From NCBI GenBank assembly GCA_043228905.1, contig JBHGNT010000017.1, positions 13,082,001 through 13,146,000 on the forward strand: a stretch of DNA of 64,000 nt, in the 5' to 3' direction. Shown piece after piece: positions 23,455-36,657 of this stretch. Source of the DNA: Azolla caroliniana (taxonomy: Eukaryota > Plantae > Polypodiophyta). Numbering within the stretch: the first letter of the stretch is position 1; each line of letters begins with the position of its first letter. The notes beneath the pieces are model-generated. The model saw only the letters and a program-made list of their open reading frames with translations. It did not search any database and was not told where the DNA came from. A program made the position numbers and the translations under genes.

Positions 23455-23787
23455 GAAGTTAGCTTTTGATCATTGCGCTTAATATATCCTCTAATGGCTT
23501 GGGTGTGTCTCTTGAATCCTAAGCTTAAACATGTCGAAACTCCTTAAGATCGTACGTGGAGGAGTAAACCAATTGTCTAGTGGCTTCTTGCATTATTGAC
23601 TAAGTTAGTATTGATTGATTTCCTAATACTACTGAAGGGAACATTTGATTCCTATAGGCCTTCAAACTAAGGAGTCTAAAAATCTTCAACAAGAGCTACA
23701 TGCATTGTTTTGGATGTGCACTCTATGGCATTTACTTGTCTATGGATGAAAGGAAATATACTTTTGCCTATCCATGTTGGCGAGAAG

Positions 23788-26700
23788 TGAAAGAGTTTCA
23801 CTCCGATTCGAAATCAGAAATTGAACTTAGACGCAAACAGGAAATAAGAAAGAACACACAATTTACGTGGAAAACCCTGATTTAGGGAAAAACCACGGAA
23901 CATAAATTTCACTATGAGAAATGACAGAATACAATCACAGAACAATGAAACTTGATTTGGTATGAGCATGTACTGAAACCACAATTTCAGTCAAGCTCTT
24001 CAAACTCCAGCACGCAGGTGACTATTCCTTCCGAAGCTTCCGAAGCTTCTCTGTCTTTTTCTCTTTTGCTTCACACTTCTTTTCTTCTTACTTAGCTTCT
24101 GAGTACGTATACTCTTACACAGCCACTACTGTGTAGAAAACCAGTCGTTCTCAGATTTACCACACACACAACTCGTTTTTCTCTCAAATATATATATATA
24201 TATCTCACACCCTCACATACGCTATGTAGGTTTTCCCCTTTTCTCACTATTTCACTCTTAGTAAGTTATCCCGCATACAGGCGCACTACCAGGCTTGTTA
24301 GCATATATATACTAAGTCATTTTCTTCTTTGAATGTAGAAGACATATGTATATGTATATGTGTGTCTATTCGACTGAATACGAATTTGACTCTCTCACCG
24401 AATTCGATCAGCTAACCCCCGATTCGGTTCTTCGCAACCGACTATTCTTTTACTTTCCGAATTTCGACCAAATTCAGTAATTCGGTTTTTCGGCCGATTT
24501 CGGTAATTCGACTCCTTTCGGCTTTTTGGCCGATTTCGACCAGTCGACACTCAAGTCGACTTTTCGGCCGACTCCCCCGCAAGGAGGGACGCCTTTACAC
24601 AACAAACTCCCCCTTCACTCCTGTAAGGGGAGAACCAACCAAGCCAATCTTATTCCGACATGCAACAAGTTTTTCCATAGGCAAAATTTTTGTGAGCATG
24701 TCTGAGCCATTTTCTTCAGTGGGGATCTTAGATAGAACAAACTCATTTTCTTCCACTCTTTCTCTTAACCAATGGTACCTTCTTTGAATGTGCTTTGTAC
24801 GAGAGTGGTAGGTAGCATTTTTAGCCAGATGGATAGCACTTTGATTGTCACAATGAAGTAAGTACTTGTCTTGCTTCAATCCTAGTTCATTCAAGAACTC
24901 TCTCATCCAAATCAGTTCTTTTCCGGCTTCCACTGCAGCCATATACTCAGCCTCGGTGGTAGACAAAGCCACAACCTTTTGCAATCTTGATTGCCATGAC
25001 ACAGCTCCCCTTGAATACGTCATCACATACCCTGATGTGGATCGGCTAGAATCTACATCACCCGACATGTCAGAATCTGTAAAACCTTCTAGCACAGGTT
25101 TCCCGGAGCCATATCTAAGACATACATTCGAAGTTCCTTTGAGGTATCTAAGAATCCATTTCACAGCTTCCCAATGCTCCCTTCCAGGATTTCCCATGTA
25201 TCGACTAACTGTCCCGACAGCAAATGCAATGTCCGGCCTTGTGCAAACCATAGCATACATAAGGCTACCAACCGCAGAGGCATACGGCACTCTTCTCATC
25301 TCTGCCTTATCTTTCTCAGATTTCGGACATTGTCCTGAATTTAACTTACAGTCCATTGGCAATGGAGATCCGACTGATTTTGCATCGCACATATTAAACC
25401 TTTGCAAAACTTTTGTCACATATTTCTCTTGTGACAGCCATAGCAAGTTTTCAGTCCTGTCCCGGACTATATGCATTCCCAAAATCTGTTTTGCCGGTCC
25501 TAAGTCTTTCATGGCAAATGATTTGCTCAATGATTTCTTCAAGCTTGCAATCTTTTTGACATCCTGTCCAACAACCAACATATCATCCACATACAACAAC
25601 AGAATAAGAAAGTCACCCTCATTATACCTTTTCACAAATACACAATGATCAGCTTGTGTTTTGTGGAATCCATGTTGCAACATGAAGGACTCAAATTTCT
25701 TATACCATTGTCGTGGAGCTTGCTTTAAACCATACAAGCTTTTCTTCAACCTACACACGAGATTTTCTTTTCCTTTTACCTCAAAGCCCTCCGGTTGTTG
25801 CATATAGATTTCCTCTTCTAGCTCACCATGCAAGAAGGCTGTTTTAACATCTAGTTGTTCAATTTCAAGATTCATACTAGCGGCCATACTCAAGACAGTC
25901 CGAATAGAGGTCATTTTTACAACTGGGGCAAAAATCTCATCAAAGTCAACACCCTTTTTCTGTTGGAAACCCTTTACGATGATACGGGCCTTATACCTGG
26001 GTGTACTACCATCTTCACCAGTCTTTAATTTGTAGACCCATTTGTTTCTAAGTGCCTTCTTACCATCATGCAACTCCATCAGCTCATAAGTTAGGTTCTC
26101 CTGCAAGGAATCCATTTCTTCTTGCATGGCATTATACCATTTCTCCTTGTGTACATCAGTCATGGCCTCTTCATAGCATTCTGGTTCCCCTTCATCAGTC
26201 AAGAGAACATATTGACTGGCTGGATATCTAGAAGAGACCTTCCTTTGTCTTTGTGGATATCTTCTCCCTTCAATAATTGGCTGATGGCCGTTTTCTTCCA
26301 GCAACTCATCTTCCGACTCCAATTCGTGTGTATCAGTCAGATGTTGGGTGTCGACCGACTCAGATTGTTGTTGGGTGTCGACCGACTCAAATTCAATTTC
26401 ATTAGCCGATTGTTGTGTGGGAGTCGGATCGACTAGTATTGACTCCATAGCAGTGATCGATTTGGGAGACGACTCTTGTCTTTGTTGCTCCCAGTCCTCG
26501 ATTGTCTTGTCTTCCATGAATATGACATCTCGACTTCTTATCACTTTCTTGTCAAGGAGATCCCACATTCTGTACCCGAACTCGTCTTCCGAGTACCCCA
26601 AGAATATACAAGGTTTGGACTTGCTGTCCAGTTTTGACCTCTGATCTTTAGCAACATGTACATAGGCCAAACATCCAAACACCTTTAAGTGCTGATAAGA

Positions 26701-29475
26701 CACATTTCTTCTTGTCCACACTCTTTGTGGTACATCCCCCTTCAAAGGCACTGATGGAGACCTGTTTATGAGATAAACAGCCGTCAACATTGCTTCAGCC
26801 CAATATGATTTTGGCAATTTTGCATGTGCCAACATGCTTCTTACCCTTTCCATTATGGTTCGATTCATTCTTTCTGCTAGAACATTTAGCTCAGGTGTCT
26901 TCGGCACCGTATACTCAAGTTTGATGCCTTGAGTCTTGCAATACATCTCAAATTGGCCTCTATATTCGCCACCGTTATCTGTCCGGACAGCCTTCAGCTT
27001 CTGTCCGGATTCTCTTTCTGCCCTGGCATGAAACTCTTTAAAGACCGACAACACTTGGTCTTTAGACACCAGCACATAAGCCCACACTTTCCTACTGAAG
27101 TCATCAATAAATGTGACAAAGTATTGTCCTCCACGATGAGATGGGGCATCAACATAGCATACATCGGTGTGAACCAACTCTAAGGCATGCTCTCTCCTCA
27201 TTGGAGGCCTAGAGTGAAACGTTGTTCTATTTTGCTTTCCAGCCAGGCAATCCACACACTTTTCCAAATGCACTCCTTTCACCTCTGGTAGGAAATCCTT
27301 TTCCGCAAGGATATGCATTCCCCTTTCACTCATATGTCCGAGCCTTTTATGCCACAACTCACCATCTGAGCCAGCCACTACATTTGCTTCCTCTCGACAC
27401 AACTTCCCATGCATTACATATAGTGTGTTCTGTTTTTGGGCTCGAGCCACGATCAGGCTCCCTTTACAGAACTTCCATGAACCATTTTGGAAGCCACCGC
27501 TGTACCCTTCATCGTCTAGCCGTCCAGCCGATATCAAGTTCAACCTGACATCCGGAACATGACGTACATCCTTCAACATTAACCTGCAGCCTGTAGATGT
27601 TAGCAAGCACACAGTTCCTATGCCCACAATCTTGCATTCCCCGTCATTTCCCATCTTTACATGACCATAGTCACCCGCTGTGTAGGATGAGAAACATTCT
27701 CTTTTGGGAGTTAGGTGAAATGATGCACCGGAATCCACTACCCATGAGCTCTCAGCACTTGCAAGATTCACACTAGCTTGTTCACATATGAACAACATCT
27801 CTTCCTCACTAGTTGCGATGGCTGAGGTATTTTTATCATCGGAGATTTTTCTAGGTTCGATCTCATCAGCCATGCCTTTGTCCTTCCTAAGGTGTCGACA
27901 ATTCTTTTGGAAGTGACCAGGCTTCCCACAATAAAAACATGTAGGTCTTCCTCTAGATTTCGACCTAAACCTATCCCCATTTTCTGGACTTCTATGTTCT
28001 CTTCTACCTCTACTAAATTCTTGGGTCACATTAGCCTCCGATTGAGATAAAGCACTTTTATCCTTTCTTCTTGTCTCTTCATTTAGAATAGTCGTTTTTA
28101 CTACTTGTAAGGATAAGTTGTCTTCTTTACATGAAGTGTTGAGTGTTACTATTAGGTTTTCCCAACTATCGGGTAGAGTACATAATAATAGTGTGGCCTG
28201 CATACAATCATCTAATGGGAACTTTGATGATGCTAACTGATTCACTAGTCCCATAAACGCACTAATGTGCTCTACTATACTCTCCCCGTCTACATACTTC
28301 AGTCTCACTATCTTCCTCATCAAGAAGGTCTTATTTAAGGCATTTTTCCTTTCATAGAGAGCGGAAAGCTTATGCCATAGCTCGAAGGCATTTGTGTCAC
28401 TCGCTACATGTTGTAGGACACTAATGTCTACACATTGTCTTATGGTCGCCACTGCCTTCCTATTTAGGATTCTCCACTCCGAATCTATTACCCCCTTTGG
28501 TATATCCTTGTTTTCTATAGGCTCATACAAGTCTTTTACTATTAGGAGATCTTCCATTTTGATCTTCCAATCTGAATAGTTTTGTGAGTTCAAGACAATC
28601 ATCCCAGGAAAGCCACTCACGCTCCCTTCCATCTAGAACCTATGCTCTGATACCAGTTTGAAAGAGTTTCACTCCGATTCGAAATCAGAAATTGAACTTA
28701 GACGCAAACAGGAAATAAGAAAGAACACACAATTTACGTGGAAAACCCTGATTTAGGGAAAAACCACGGAACATAAATTTCACTATGAGAAATGACAGAA
28801 TACAATCACAGAACAATGAAACTTGATTTGGTATGAGCATGTACTGAAACCACAATTTCAGTCAAGCTCTTCAAACTCCAGCACGCAGGTGACTATTCCT
28901 TCCGAAGCTTCCGAAGCTTCTCTGTCTTTTTCTCTTTTGCTTCACACTTCTTTTCTTCTTACTTAGCTTCTGAGTACGTATACTCTTACACAGCCACTAC
29001 TGTGTAGAAAACCAGTCGTTCTCAGATTTACCACACACACAACTCGTTTTTCTCTCAGATATATATATATATCTCTCACACCCTCACATACGCTATGTAG
29101 GTTTTCCCCTTTTCTCACTATTTCACTCTTAGTAAGTTATCCCGCATACAGGCGCACTACCAGGCTTGTTAGCATATATATACTAAGTCATTTTCTTCTT
29201 TGAATGTAGAAGACATATGTATATGTATATGTGTGTCTATTCGACTGAATACGAATTTGACTCTCTCACCGAATTCGATCAGCTAACCCCCGATTCGGTT
29301 CTTCGCAACCGACTATTCTTTTACTTTCCGAATTTCGACCAAATTCGGTAATTCGGTTTTTCGGCCAATTTCGGTAATTCGACTCCTTTCGGCTTTTTGG
29401 CCGATTTCGACCAGTCGACACTCAAGTCGACTTTTCGGCCGACTCCCCCGCAAGGAGGGACGCCTTTACACAACA
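23788..29475 (-). mobile_element. Intact young Ty1/copia LTR retrotransposon (group C, Tnt1-like)
   Basis: Two 817-bp LTRs (23788-24604, 28659-29475) with about 4 differences seen; TSD AGAAG; Met PBS 28644-28655; PPT just inside 24605; single ORF. Confidence 0.98.
24595..28632 (-). CDS. Copia gag-pol polyprotein, 1345 aa
   Basis: Zinc knuckle CFYCGKPGHFQKNC, VVDSGAS, LWHKRLGH, HTDVC/RTDNGGEY/AERMNRT, LYVDDML, TDSDMSG; no stops. Confidence 0.97.
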   Translation of the reverse strand: MEGSVSGFPGMIVLNSQNYSDWKIKMEDLLIVKDLYEPIENKDIPKGVIDSEWRILNRKAVATIRQCVDISVLQHVASDTNAFELWHKLSALYERKNALNKTFLMRKIVRLKYVDGESIVEHISAFMGLVNQLASSKFPLDDCMQATLLLCTLPDSWENLIVTLNTSCKEDNLSLQVVKTTILNEETRRKDKSALSQSEANVTQEFSRGRREHRSPENGDRFRSKSRGRPTCFYCGKPGHFQKNCRHLRKDKGMADEIEPRKISDDKNTSAIATSEEEMLFICEQASVNLASAESSWVVDSGASFHLTPKRECFSSYTAGDYGHVKMGNDGECKIVGIGTVCLLTSTGCRLMLKDVRHVPDVRLNLISAGRLDDEGYSGGFQNGSWKFCKGSLIVARAQKQNTLYVMHGKLCREEANVVAGSDGELWHKRLGHMSERGMHILAEKDFLPEVKGVHLEKCVDCLAGKQNRTTFHSRPPMRREHALELVHTDVCYVDAPSHRGGQYFVTFIDDFSRKVWAYVLVSKDQVLSVFKEFHARAERESGQKLKAVRTDNGGEYRGQFEMYCKTQGIKLEYTVPKTPELNVLAERMNRTIMERVRSMLAHAKLPKSYWAEAMLTAVYLINRSPSVPLKGDVPQRVWTRRNVSYQHLKVFGCLAYVHVAKDQRSKLDSKSKPCIFLGYSEDEFGYRMWDLLDKKVIRSRDVIFMEDKTIEDWEQQRQESSPKSITAMESILVDPTPTQQSANEIEFESVDTQQQSESVDTQHLTDTHELESEDELLEENGHQPIIEGRRYPQRQRKVSSRYPASQYVLLTDEGEPECYEEAMTDVHKEKWYNAMQEEMDSLQENLTYELMELHDGKKALRNKWVYKLKTGEDGSTPRYKARIIVKGFQQKKGVDFDEIFAPVVKMTSIRTVLSMAASMNLEIEQLDVKTAFLHGELEEEIYMQQPEGFEVKGKENLVCRLKKSLYGLKQAPRQWYKKFESFMLQHGFHKTQADHCVFVKRYNEGDFLILLLYVDDMLVVGQDVKKIASLKKSLSKSFAMKDLGPAKQILGMHIVRDRTENLLWLSQEKYVTKVLQRFNMCDAKSVGSPLPMDCKLNSGQCPKSEKDKAEMRRVPYASAVGSLMYAMVCTRPDIAFAVGTVSRYMGNPGREHWEAVKWILRYLKGTSNVCLRYGSGKPVLEGFTDSDMSGDVDSSRSTSGYVMTYSRGAVSWQSRLQKVVALSTTEAEYMAAVEAGKELIWMREFLNELGLKQDKYLLHCDNQSAIHLAKNATYHSRTKHIQRRYHWLRERVEENEFVLSKIPTEENGSDMLTKILPMEKLVACRNKIGLVGSPLTGVKGEFVV

Positions 29476-32400
29476 AGAAGAAGTTAAACCCATTCATTAG
29501 AAAGACCTACGATTCTTTTGATATGTCTCTACGCATTGTGTAACATTTTCAAACACCTTGGATGGGTGGAGGTTTGTTGAGTTTTACCATTCATTGCCTA
29601 GGAGGATTGTGGGTGGCATTATCATATGTAAATCATGTATGTTATGTTGGGAGAGGAACGTTACACAAAGAAGAGACACCAGTGGCCCTTTGTTTTTACT
29701 TATTGCCAAAATATGACATTAATGACCAAAACTAGGATAATTCTATCACCCATAGAATGCACAATGACTTCATTTCAAGCATGCTCAACAAAGAACACAT
29801 AGTTAGCCACCAAAATTTTGTATTCTTCCAACGCTAACATTATTCATTACGTGCAATAATAACTAAGTGAGAGGGTCTCTTTTTAAATGGCCTTTGCAAG
29901 ATATAGCAAAAAACACATAGATTTGCCATGAATTTACTCTTGATGCAATAAATAAGTATGCAAAACGGAGGGGCGATTCAATGAGTTTGGGATTTCAAAT
30001 GGTTGTGTGGTCAAAATCATAGTGTGGTATGATGGTACTCTTTCCTAAGTTTTAGATACACCAATATGTTATATTTACACGATATGTCAGCCATTGAACG
30101 ACCAACATCATGTGTACGATAGATTTAATGTTGAAATCATGTGTTACGACACTATTCTTCTTGAAGAGGGCCAATTTAAGACTCTTGGTTGGGAGGAGGC
30201 TAATAAGTGGTGTCCACTAAAAAACAAGTGTAACTATTATTATTATTATTATTATACAACCAATGAGGCGAGGCGGTTAAAGAACTTTGCCATATGCAAT
30301 CTTATTTGAATGATACCATCTCCATAAATTATGTGTGATTGTTATTCTTGAAAACACATGTAGCTTTACAATGATTATTTATGGACACTGTTTGTTACCA
30401 TTGCCTTTCATTTTAATTATGGAAAATGTGACAATGACAATGTTGTAACTACTACTCTCCATTATTCTAACAACAACAAAACCAACATTGCGAACTGAAA
30501 CCCACAACATTGACACAAGATTTACAACTACAACCTTGATTTTATATCTTTAGGATTGATTGATTTGACGCTTGGCTCAACTATATGGGATATAGACAAG
30601 ACAATATTTTATTATGCAATGTCTTATTTATCTTATATGCCATGAGGACTTTATAGAAGGTATCCATCAACTTTGCTTCTATGAGGTGGTATCGATGACA
30701 GAATGCCTTGCTCTTGAAATAAAATTGTACAATGTGTTGTCTTATATGTGATGAGTTTTGCATGTAATCCGATATTGGTTTGTGCGCAATATAGTGCAAT
30801 GATGTATCTTCAAGTTCTCCATTTGAGATAGGAATTTTATTTGCACACGATGTAGTGCAATGATGTATGTGCAATGTGGTCTCCATCTGAAATGAGTATT
30901 TTCTTTGTGGGGAATATGGCACAACGATGTGTGTGCAATTGGGTCTGCATTAGATGATTACTTGTTCGAGCACAACATAGTGCAATGATATTCGTGTTTT
31001 TGAATCCAAAAGCCGAGTAGGATCCACCACGAATGTAATACAAATTTCAAGTACCAACTCATAAATTTGGTAAGGACACCATAATAGAAGTCTAAACCAA
31101 CGTAAACGCGAAACTATTGAAAAACGTAAACCCTTTACATGCAAATGTTGCTAGGAAAATAATCGACAAATAATGGAAAAGAAACCTTACTTCGATACAT
31201 GAAATGCATAAAAAACTACAATAAACAACTAAGCTATGATACATGGAACGACAAGGAAAGGAAGGGTCGAACCTTGCTTCCCATAAAGTGAAACAATTTC
31301 ATGATCAAAGCCAAGTTTTTGTTGAGAATAGAAAATATGAAAGAAAAACTTAAAGTAGATCGTATAGAAGTTAATATTTTTCCAACTAACCCATGGTGTG
31401 ACATGTTTGGGACATTGTTATTGTTACACGTCATGTGCATCCTTGTAATAATGCTTTATGCATGCATATCCATCGAATCCAAAGTGACATCTCGATTCCC
31501 GACACTGAAATATAGATTAAGGAGTATTTTAATGTGGCGGTGAGTCAATAACTAAGTAAAGAGGAGATATATGAGGAACAATGTCCTATTATATGATTTG
31601 AACATGACAGTTCATAGGTTATTTGGAACTCTTGTCTCACTTAAAGCCGAGTACCTTTGCAAGAACTTACATGAAGCTATACTTTTGGAGACTTAACTGT
31701 TTCGTGTAGCTTTAGAATATTTCTGAATAATACCTTTGCTTTATTTTTTGTAGAACATTATAGAAGGCATTTTAAACCTCATTGGCAATGTGGGGCTAAA
31801 ATGTATGTTAGGACAGGGGAGACCACATGTTAAGTACAATTTCATAGCCTTGTTTTAGTATTTAGGTGACATAAGTACATCTTAGGTTTAGCGAAATAAG
31901 AAGAGAGGATTTCTTAAGCCATTTAGAACAAAGACCTGTTGACATCAATAATAATTGGCCTCATAATAAATACTAGGAGATTGCTATACTCATGTATCAC
32001 TCATTTAGCAAGTGGGTTTCAAGCCCTAGAACATTGGGCTTAATGACATAAAAACATATAGCCTCCATACTCGTTCTCAATGTTGCCTATTCTTGTGGGG
32101 ATACCCTACACATATGTATCTAAAGAGTGTTCCTAAACTTATGCATTGACCATTTTATTTGGACACACGTGTGCCATGATCATAGGCCGTGAATTGTATG
32201 CATTGTCACAATTGTAATACACGAATGAATGAATAGTTTTCATGCCATTTGGGAGAATAGAAACATGTATCAAGCAAATGGGCACAAAGGTTTTGTTGTG
32301 ACTTGAATAGCTCTCTCACATTGCCTCACGCTCTTATATAATGCTCAAATGTCATGAAGTCTTCCCAATAAAAGTTCCTAGGCGTGGGTGTGGTTGAGGC

Positions 32401-32568
32401 AAGAAACTAGGACCACATCTCCCCCTTAACCCACGGCTTATATTATCTTGTGCATCGAAAGCTTCAAAATGTTACCATCCTAAGACAGAGATCATGGGAG
32501 CAAGCGAGCATGGGGAGGGTGGAGGGGGCACGGAGCGTGAGTAGAATGTGAGTCATGATATCAAAAGT

Positions 32569-32599
<31 letters not shown>

Positions 32600-33272
32600 T
32601 ATTACATACATGATACAATGGGAGAGGAGAAAGGAAGGCTAAACAAGAAAAGAAAGCACACATTGTCTTACACCTCCTCCTACATACATAGTTATTAGGA
32701 AGTATGTACATATGTATGTATGTATGTATGTAGTGGTATGTGTTGTGATCTGCTGTTTTTCAACAATTTGGGGGGTATATGTATGTAATAATGTATGTGA
32801 TCTCCATGTCCATCATACCACACCATCTCCATCTCCATCTCCATCTCCATCACTGAGTCTCCACTTTTGTCCAACACACACACACACACAGAGTCTCACA
32901 GAGTCACTAGAGATACAGTCAGACAGACAGACAGAGCCTAGAGAGAGAAACTATATATGTATAATGTATGTATATAATATGCGTATATGGGGGGAGGGGG
33001 AAGAAAGAGAGAGAGAGAGAGAGACAGGGCCCTGACTCCGAAGCTTCCTTCTGGGAGAATGAATGGAGGAGGAGGAGGGGTGTGTGTATGTTTGCACTGA
33101 CTGCAGCATCAGAAGAAGAAGAAGAAGAAGAAGAAGAAGAAGAAGAATCACACCTCCTTCTTTCTCACTCTGTACAACTGCTAATCCTATTTTTAAAAAT
33201 AATACATACATACTACTACTACTACTACTACTAACAACTCTGTATGTATGTATGTATGTATGTATGTATGTA
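32569..33272. repeat. Microsatellite cluster upstream of the NRL gene
   Basis: (TACA)n, (TATG)n, (CCATCT)n, (CA)n, (GA)n, (GAA)n and (TAC)n tracts directly visible. Confidence 0.9.
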
Positions 33273-33394
33273 CTCATAATAATTGTTATGGTTGTTGATC
33301 TTCGTGCCCTCCTCCTCCTCCACTTCCCCTGTTAGGGTTTCCTCTCTCTCATTCTCTCTCTCTCACACACACATTCTCACGCACACACATCGCC

Positions 33395-36300
33395 ATGGCC
33401 TGCCTCAAGCTCGGCTCAAAACCTGATGGTTTCCAACGTAAAGGTCAAGCATGGTAACCCAATTCTCCTCCTCCCCCCCCTTCTTTCTGCTTTGTTTTTT
33501 TTCTTTTCTTCTATGCTGCATTTGGGTTCTTTTGCATTTGCGTATGATTTCCTTTGTGCTTCCTGCATTTGGGTGCTTCCGCAGTAATGCAGTCCGGGTG
33601 CCTTTGCACATGCTTCCTCTGCTTCTTTCTGTTATTTTGTACAAATACCGAGAATTGGGGGGCTATTTTCTCACATTTGATTTTCTCTGCTCCTTTTTTT
33701 GGGCTTGATTTTCTATTTTCCTCTGCTTTTTGTCGTTTTATACTTCCATCTGGTTTTTCTTTTATGCTTTTTGATACCGCATTTGGGCTTCACATACATA
33801 TTTGACTTATACATTTCCTCAATTGCTTTTTTTTTTTATCCTGCACTTGGGTGCTTTTACATCATATGAATTCCGCTGTTCTTCCCTTTTCTTGTTCCTT
33901 ATACATACTGTTATGTATTTCGGTGCCTCTATGGTTTTCCTTCGTTTTGCATTTTATAGAGCATTTGTGTGTTTGTGCGTCGCCCTGTTTTTGTTCTTTC
34001 TGTTTATAGTGCATTTGGGTGCTTGCTTTTCTTATCACATCTATGCTTGCCACAGTTTTTTCTTTTTATATTTTAGTCCACTTGGCTGCATTGTTGCTAT
34101 ACAACTCGTTCATTCTTCTGTTTCTAGAATCCTCTCTATCTGAACTTTAGTTACTCATTTCTCCATCTATCTTATATGGCACCACGTATCCTCTGTACAT
34201 AAAAGAATTTGTAGCTTTTGCCATGAATGTGTGCTGCAATTCATTTTCTGCCCTTTGTGCACTCTTCTCTGAAATGGATGGTAATTATCTTTTATTCTGC
34301 ACATCTTGCAGGTTCTGTACCTCAGGACTTCCCAGTGATATTATAATTGAGGTGGAGGAGATGTCCTTCCATCTTCACAAGGTACATGCTTGTTTTTTCT
34401 CTTGAACCTATGTATGGCATCCTATTGTAACCATCCACACACTTATTGATGTATTGGAAAATGCAGTTTCCTCTAGTTTCCAAATGCGGAAAGCTTGCTC
34501 GACTTGCTGAGGGTCATGCGAAGAAAGGAGAAGAACAAGAAATTGGTGTAGAAGTAGAAGAAGAAGAAGAAGAGATTCTTCACTTGCATCTTCGAGATGT
34601 ACCTGGTGGACCTGATGCTTTTGAGCTAGCAGCAAAATTCTGCTATGGGGTGAGGTTAGAACTAACAGCCACTAATGTGGTGCCATTGCGGTGCGCAGCT
34701 GAGTATCTTGAAATGACAGAAGAATTCGGGGAAGGAAACTTGATATCCCGAACTGAGGGTTTTCTTAGCCAAGTTGTGCTCCGGAATTGGAGAGAGAGCA
34801 CACGAGCTTTGCATAGTTGCGAATCAGTGTTTTCTCAAGCAGAGGAGCTTGGAATAGTCGACATGTGTGTGGATGCTGTAACTGTGAAGGCTTGTATGGA
34901 CCCGAGCTTGCTTCTTGGATGGCCGATGCCTAACAATCCAATGCAAAGCCCTGGAGGAGGATTCTTATGGAATGGTATAAGCACCGGAGCAAGACCTAAA
35001 AAACCATGCTCGGATTGGTGGTACGAAGATATTGCGGTGTTAAGCCTACCTCTTTACAAGAGAGTGATTATAGCTATGGACGAGAAGGGTATAAAATCTG
35101 AGAGCATTGCTGGATCCTTGATGGATTTTGCAAGGAGGTATCTTCCAGCACTTAATAAACGTCAAGGCGCAAAGGAATTAGGTGGCAGCAATAGGTATAG
35201 CTCACTTTCTCTTTCGTCTATTCCATCTGAAGCAGAACAAAAGGTTATCTTAGAAACCATTGAAGAGCTGCTGCCCATGCAAAAGGCTGTAGTGCCAACA
35301 AAATTCTTATCGGGTCTGCTCCGGAGTGCGATTATATTGAATGCAAATGCTCATTGTAAGAACAACATTGAAAGAAGGATTGGTTTGCAACTTGATCAAG
35401 CCAACTTGGAGGATTTGCTACTGCCCAACCTAACTTATAACCTCGAGACTCTTTACGATATCGATTGTGTCCAGAGGATACTTGATCATTTCCTTTTGCT
35501 GGATCAAACAAATAGACCAATTTCTTCTCCAAGTTCGGATGATGAAGGGCACATGATAACCTCTCCCTCATTGACCCCCACTATGATGGTTGCAAGATTA
35601 ATGGATGGCTACCTTGCGGAAGTTGCTCCAGATGTTAACTTAAAGCTACCTAAATTCCAATCCCTTGCCGAAGCTTTTCCAGATTTTGCTAGAGTTTCGA
35701 ATGATGGGCTGTATCGTGCTATTGACATTTTCTTGAAGGTTTCTTCAGCTCTCTCCATCTTGTTGTGTTTGTTTACATGCGTGAACTATGTATGCGATAT
35801 GGTCACCTCCCACCAAATTTTAGTGTCATTATGAAATAAAAAACAAAAAAGTTTTGAAATTCGTTGTTAGATGCTCTTAAAATCCTTGATGGTCATGAAT
35901 TCCAAAATCTACAGAAAGTTATAGGAAACATCAGAACAGCTATTAGACAATGGTTTTAAACTGTAATTTAAACACATTTCTATGTGGTAGGAAGTGCCTA
36001 TAGGGTTTTTGGGCATAGTAATAGTTGCAACATAATCTTTGATCATGTTGTCCTCTTTATGTATGATAGGCACATCCTTGGCTCAAGGAGGAAGAAAGAG
36101 AGCAGCTTTGCCGGGTAATGGATTGTCAAAAGCTTTCATTGGAAGCATGCACGCATGCTGCTCAAAATGAACGATTACCACTCCGTGTAATTGTACAAGT
36201 ACTCTTTTTTGAACAATTACAACTCCGCACAGCCATTGCAAGCTGCTTTATGGTATCGGATCATTCTCGTCCATTAATGCGGCATCATCACCAACAATCT

Positions 36301-36657
36301 GTGATAGATGGATCTCTTCCAACTGCAGCCTCTTTGCGAGGTGAAGGATGGGCAAATGCAGTTCGTGAGAATCATTCTCTTAAGGTCGATGTTGATCATA
36401 TGAAGCTTCGTGTTAATGACCTTGAGAAAGAATGCTCGGGTATGAGAGAGGAGCTTGGAAAGCTAGGTAAAGTTAGAGGTCAATGGCGATTTGTCTCAAA
36501 AGCACTGGGAGGGCGATTTAAATCCCATATATGCCGAACTAAAGAGATGGCGGTGCAAGACCAAATGCAAGTTAATAGGAATAAGAACGGCAATGCCCAT
36601 GGTACTCCCTCCCATCCCACACTGCCCAAGCATCAGAGAAGCTCATCCCTTGGTTAA
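33395..36657 (+). CDS. BTB/POZ-NPH3 domain protein (NPH3/RPT2-like, NRL family), 662 aa
   Basis: Exons 33395-33453, 34312-34381, 34467-35738, 36070-36657, all GT-AG and phase-consistent (1989 nt). MACLKLGSKPDGFQRKGQAWFCTSGLPSD..FHLHKFPL, PGGPDAFELAAKFCYG, DWWYED, DGLYRAIDIFLKAHP, HAAQNERLPLR, C-terminal coiled coil. Confidence 0.96.

Noticed and set aside
29476-32500. Intergenic AT-rich stretch with short TAGTGCAATGAT repeats near 30790-30990
   Set aside because: No termini, TSD or coding signal found to support a call.
32695-34143. ORFs with poly-R/E/L/Y tracts and Phe-rich ORFs
   Set aside because: Translations of microsatellites and of the T-rich first intron of the NRL gene.
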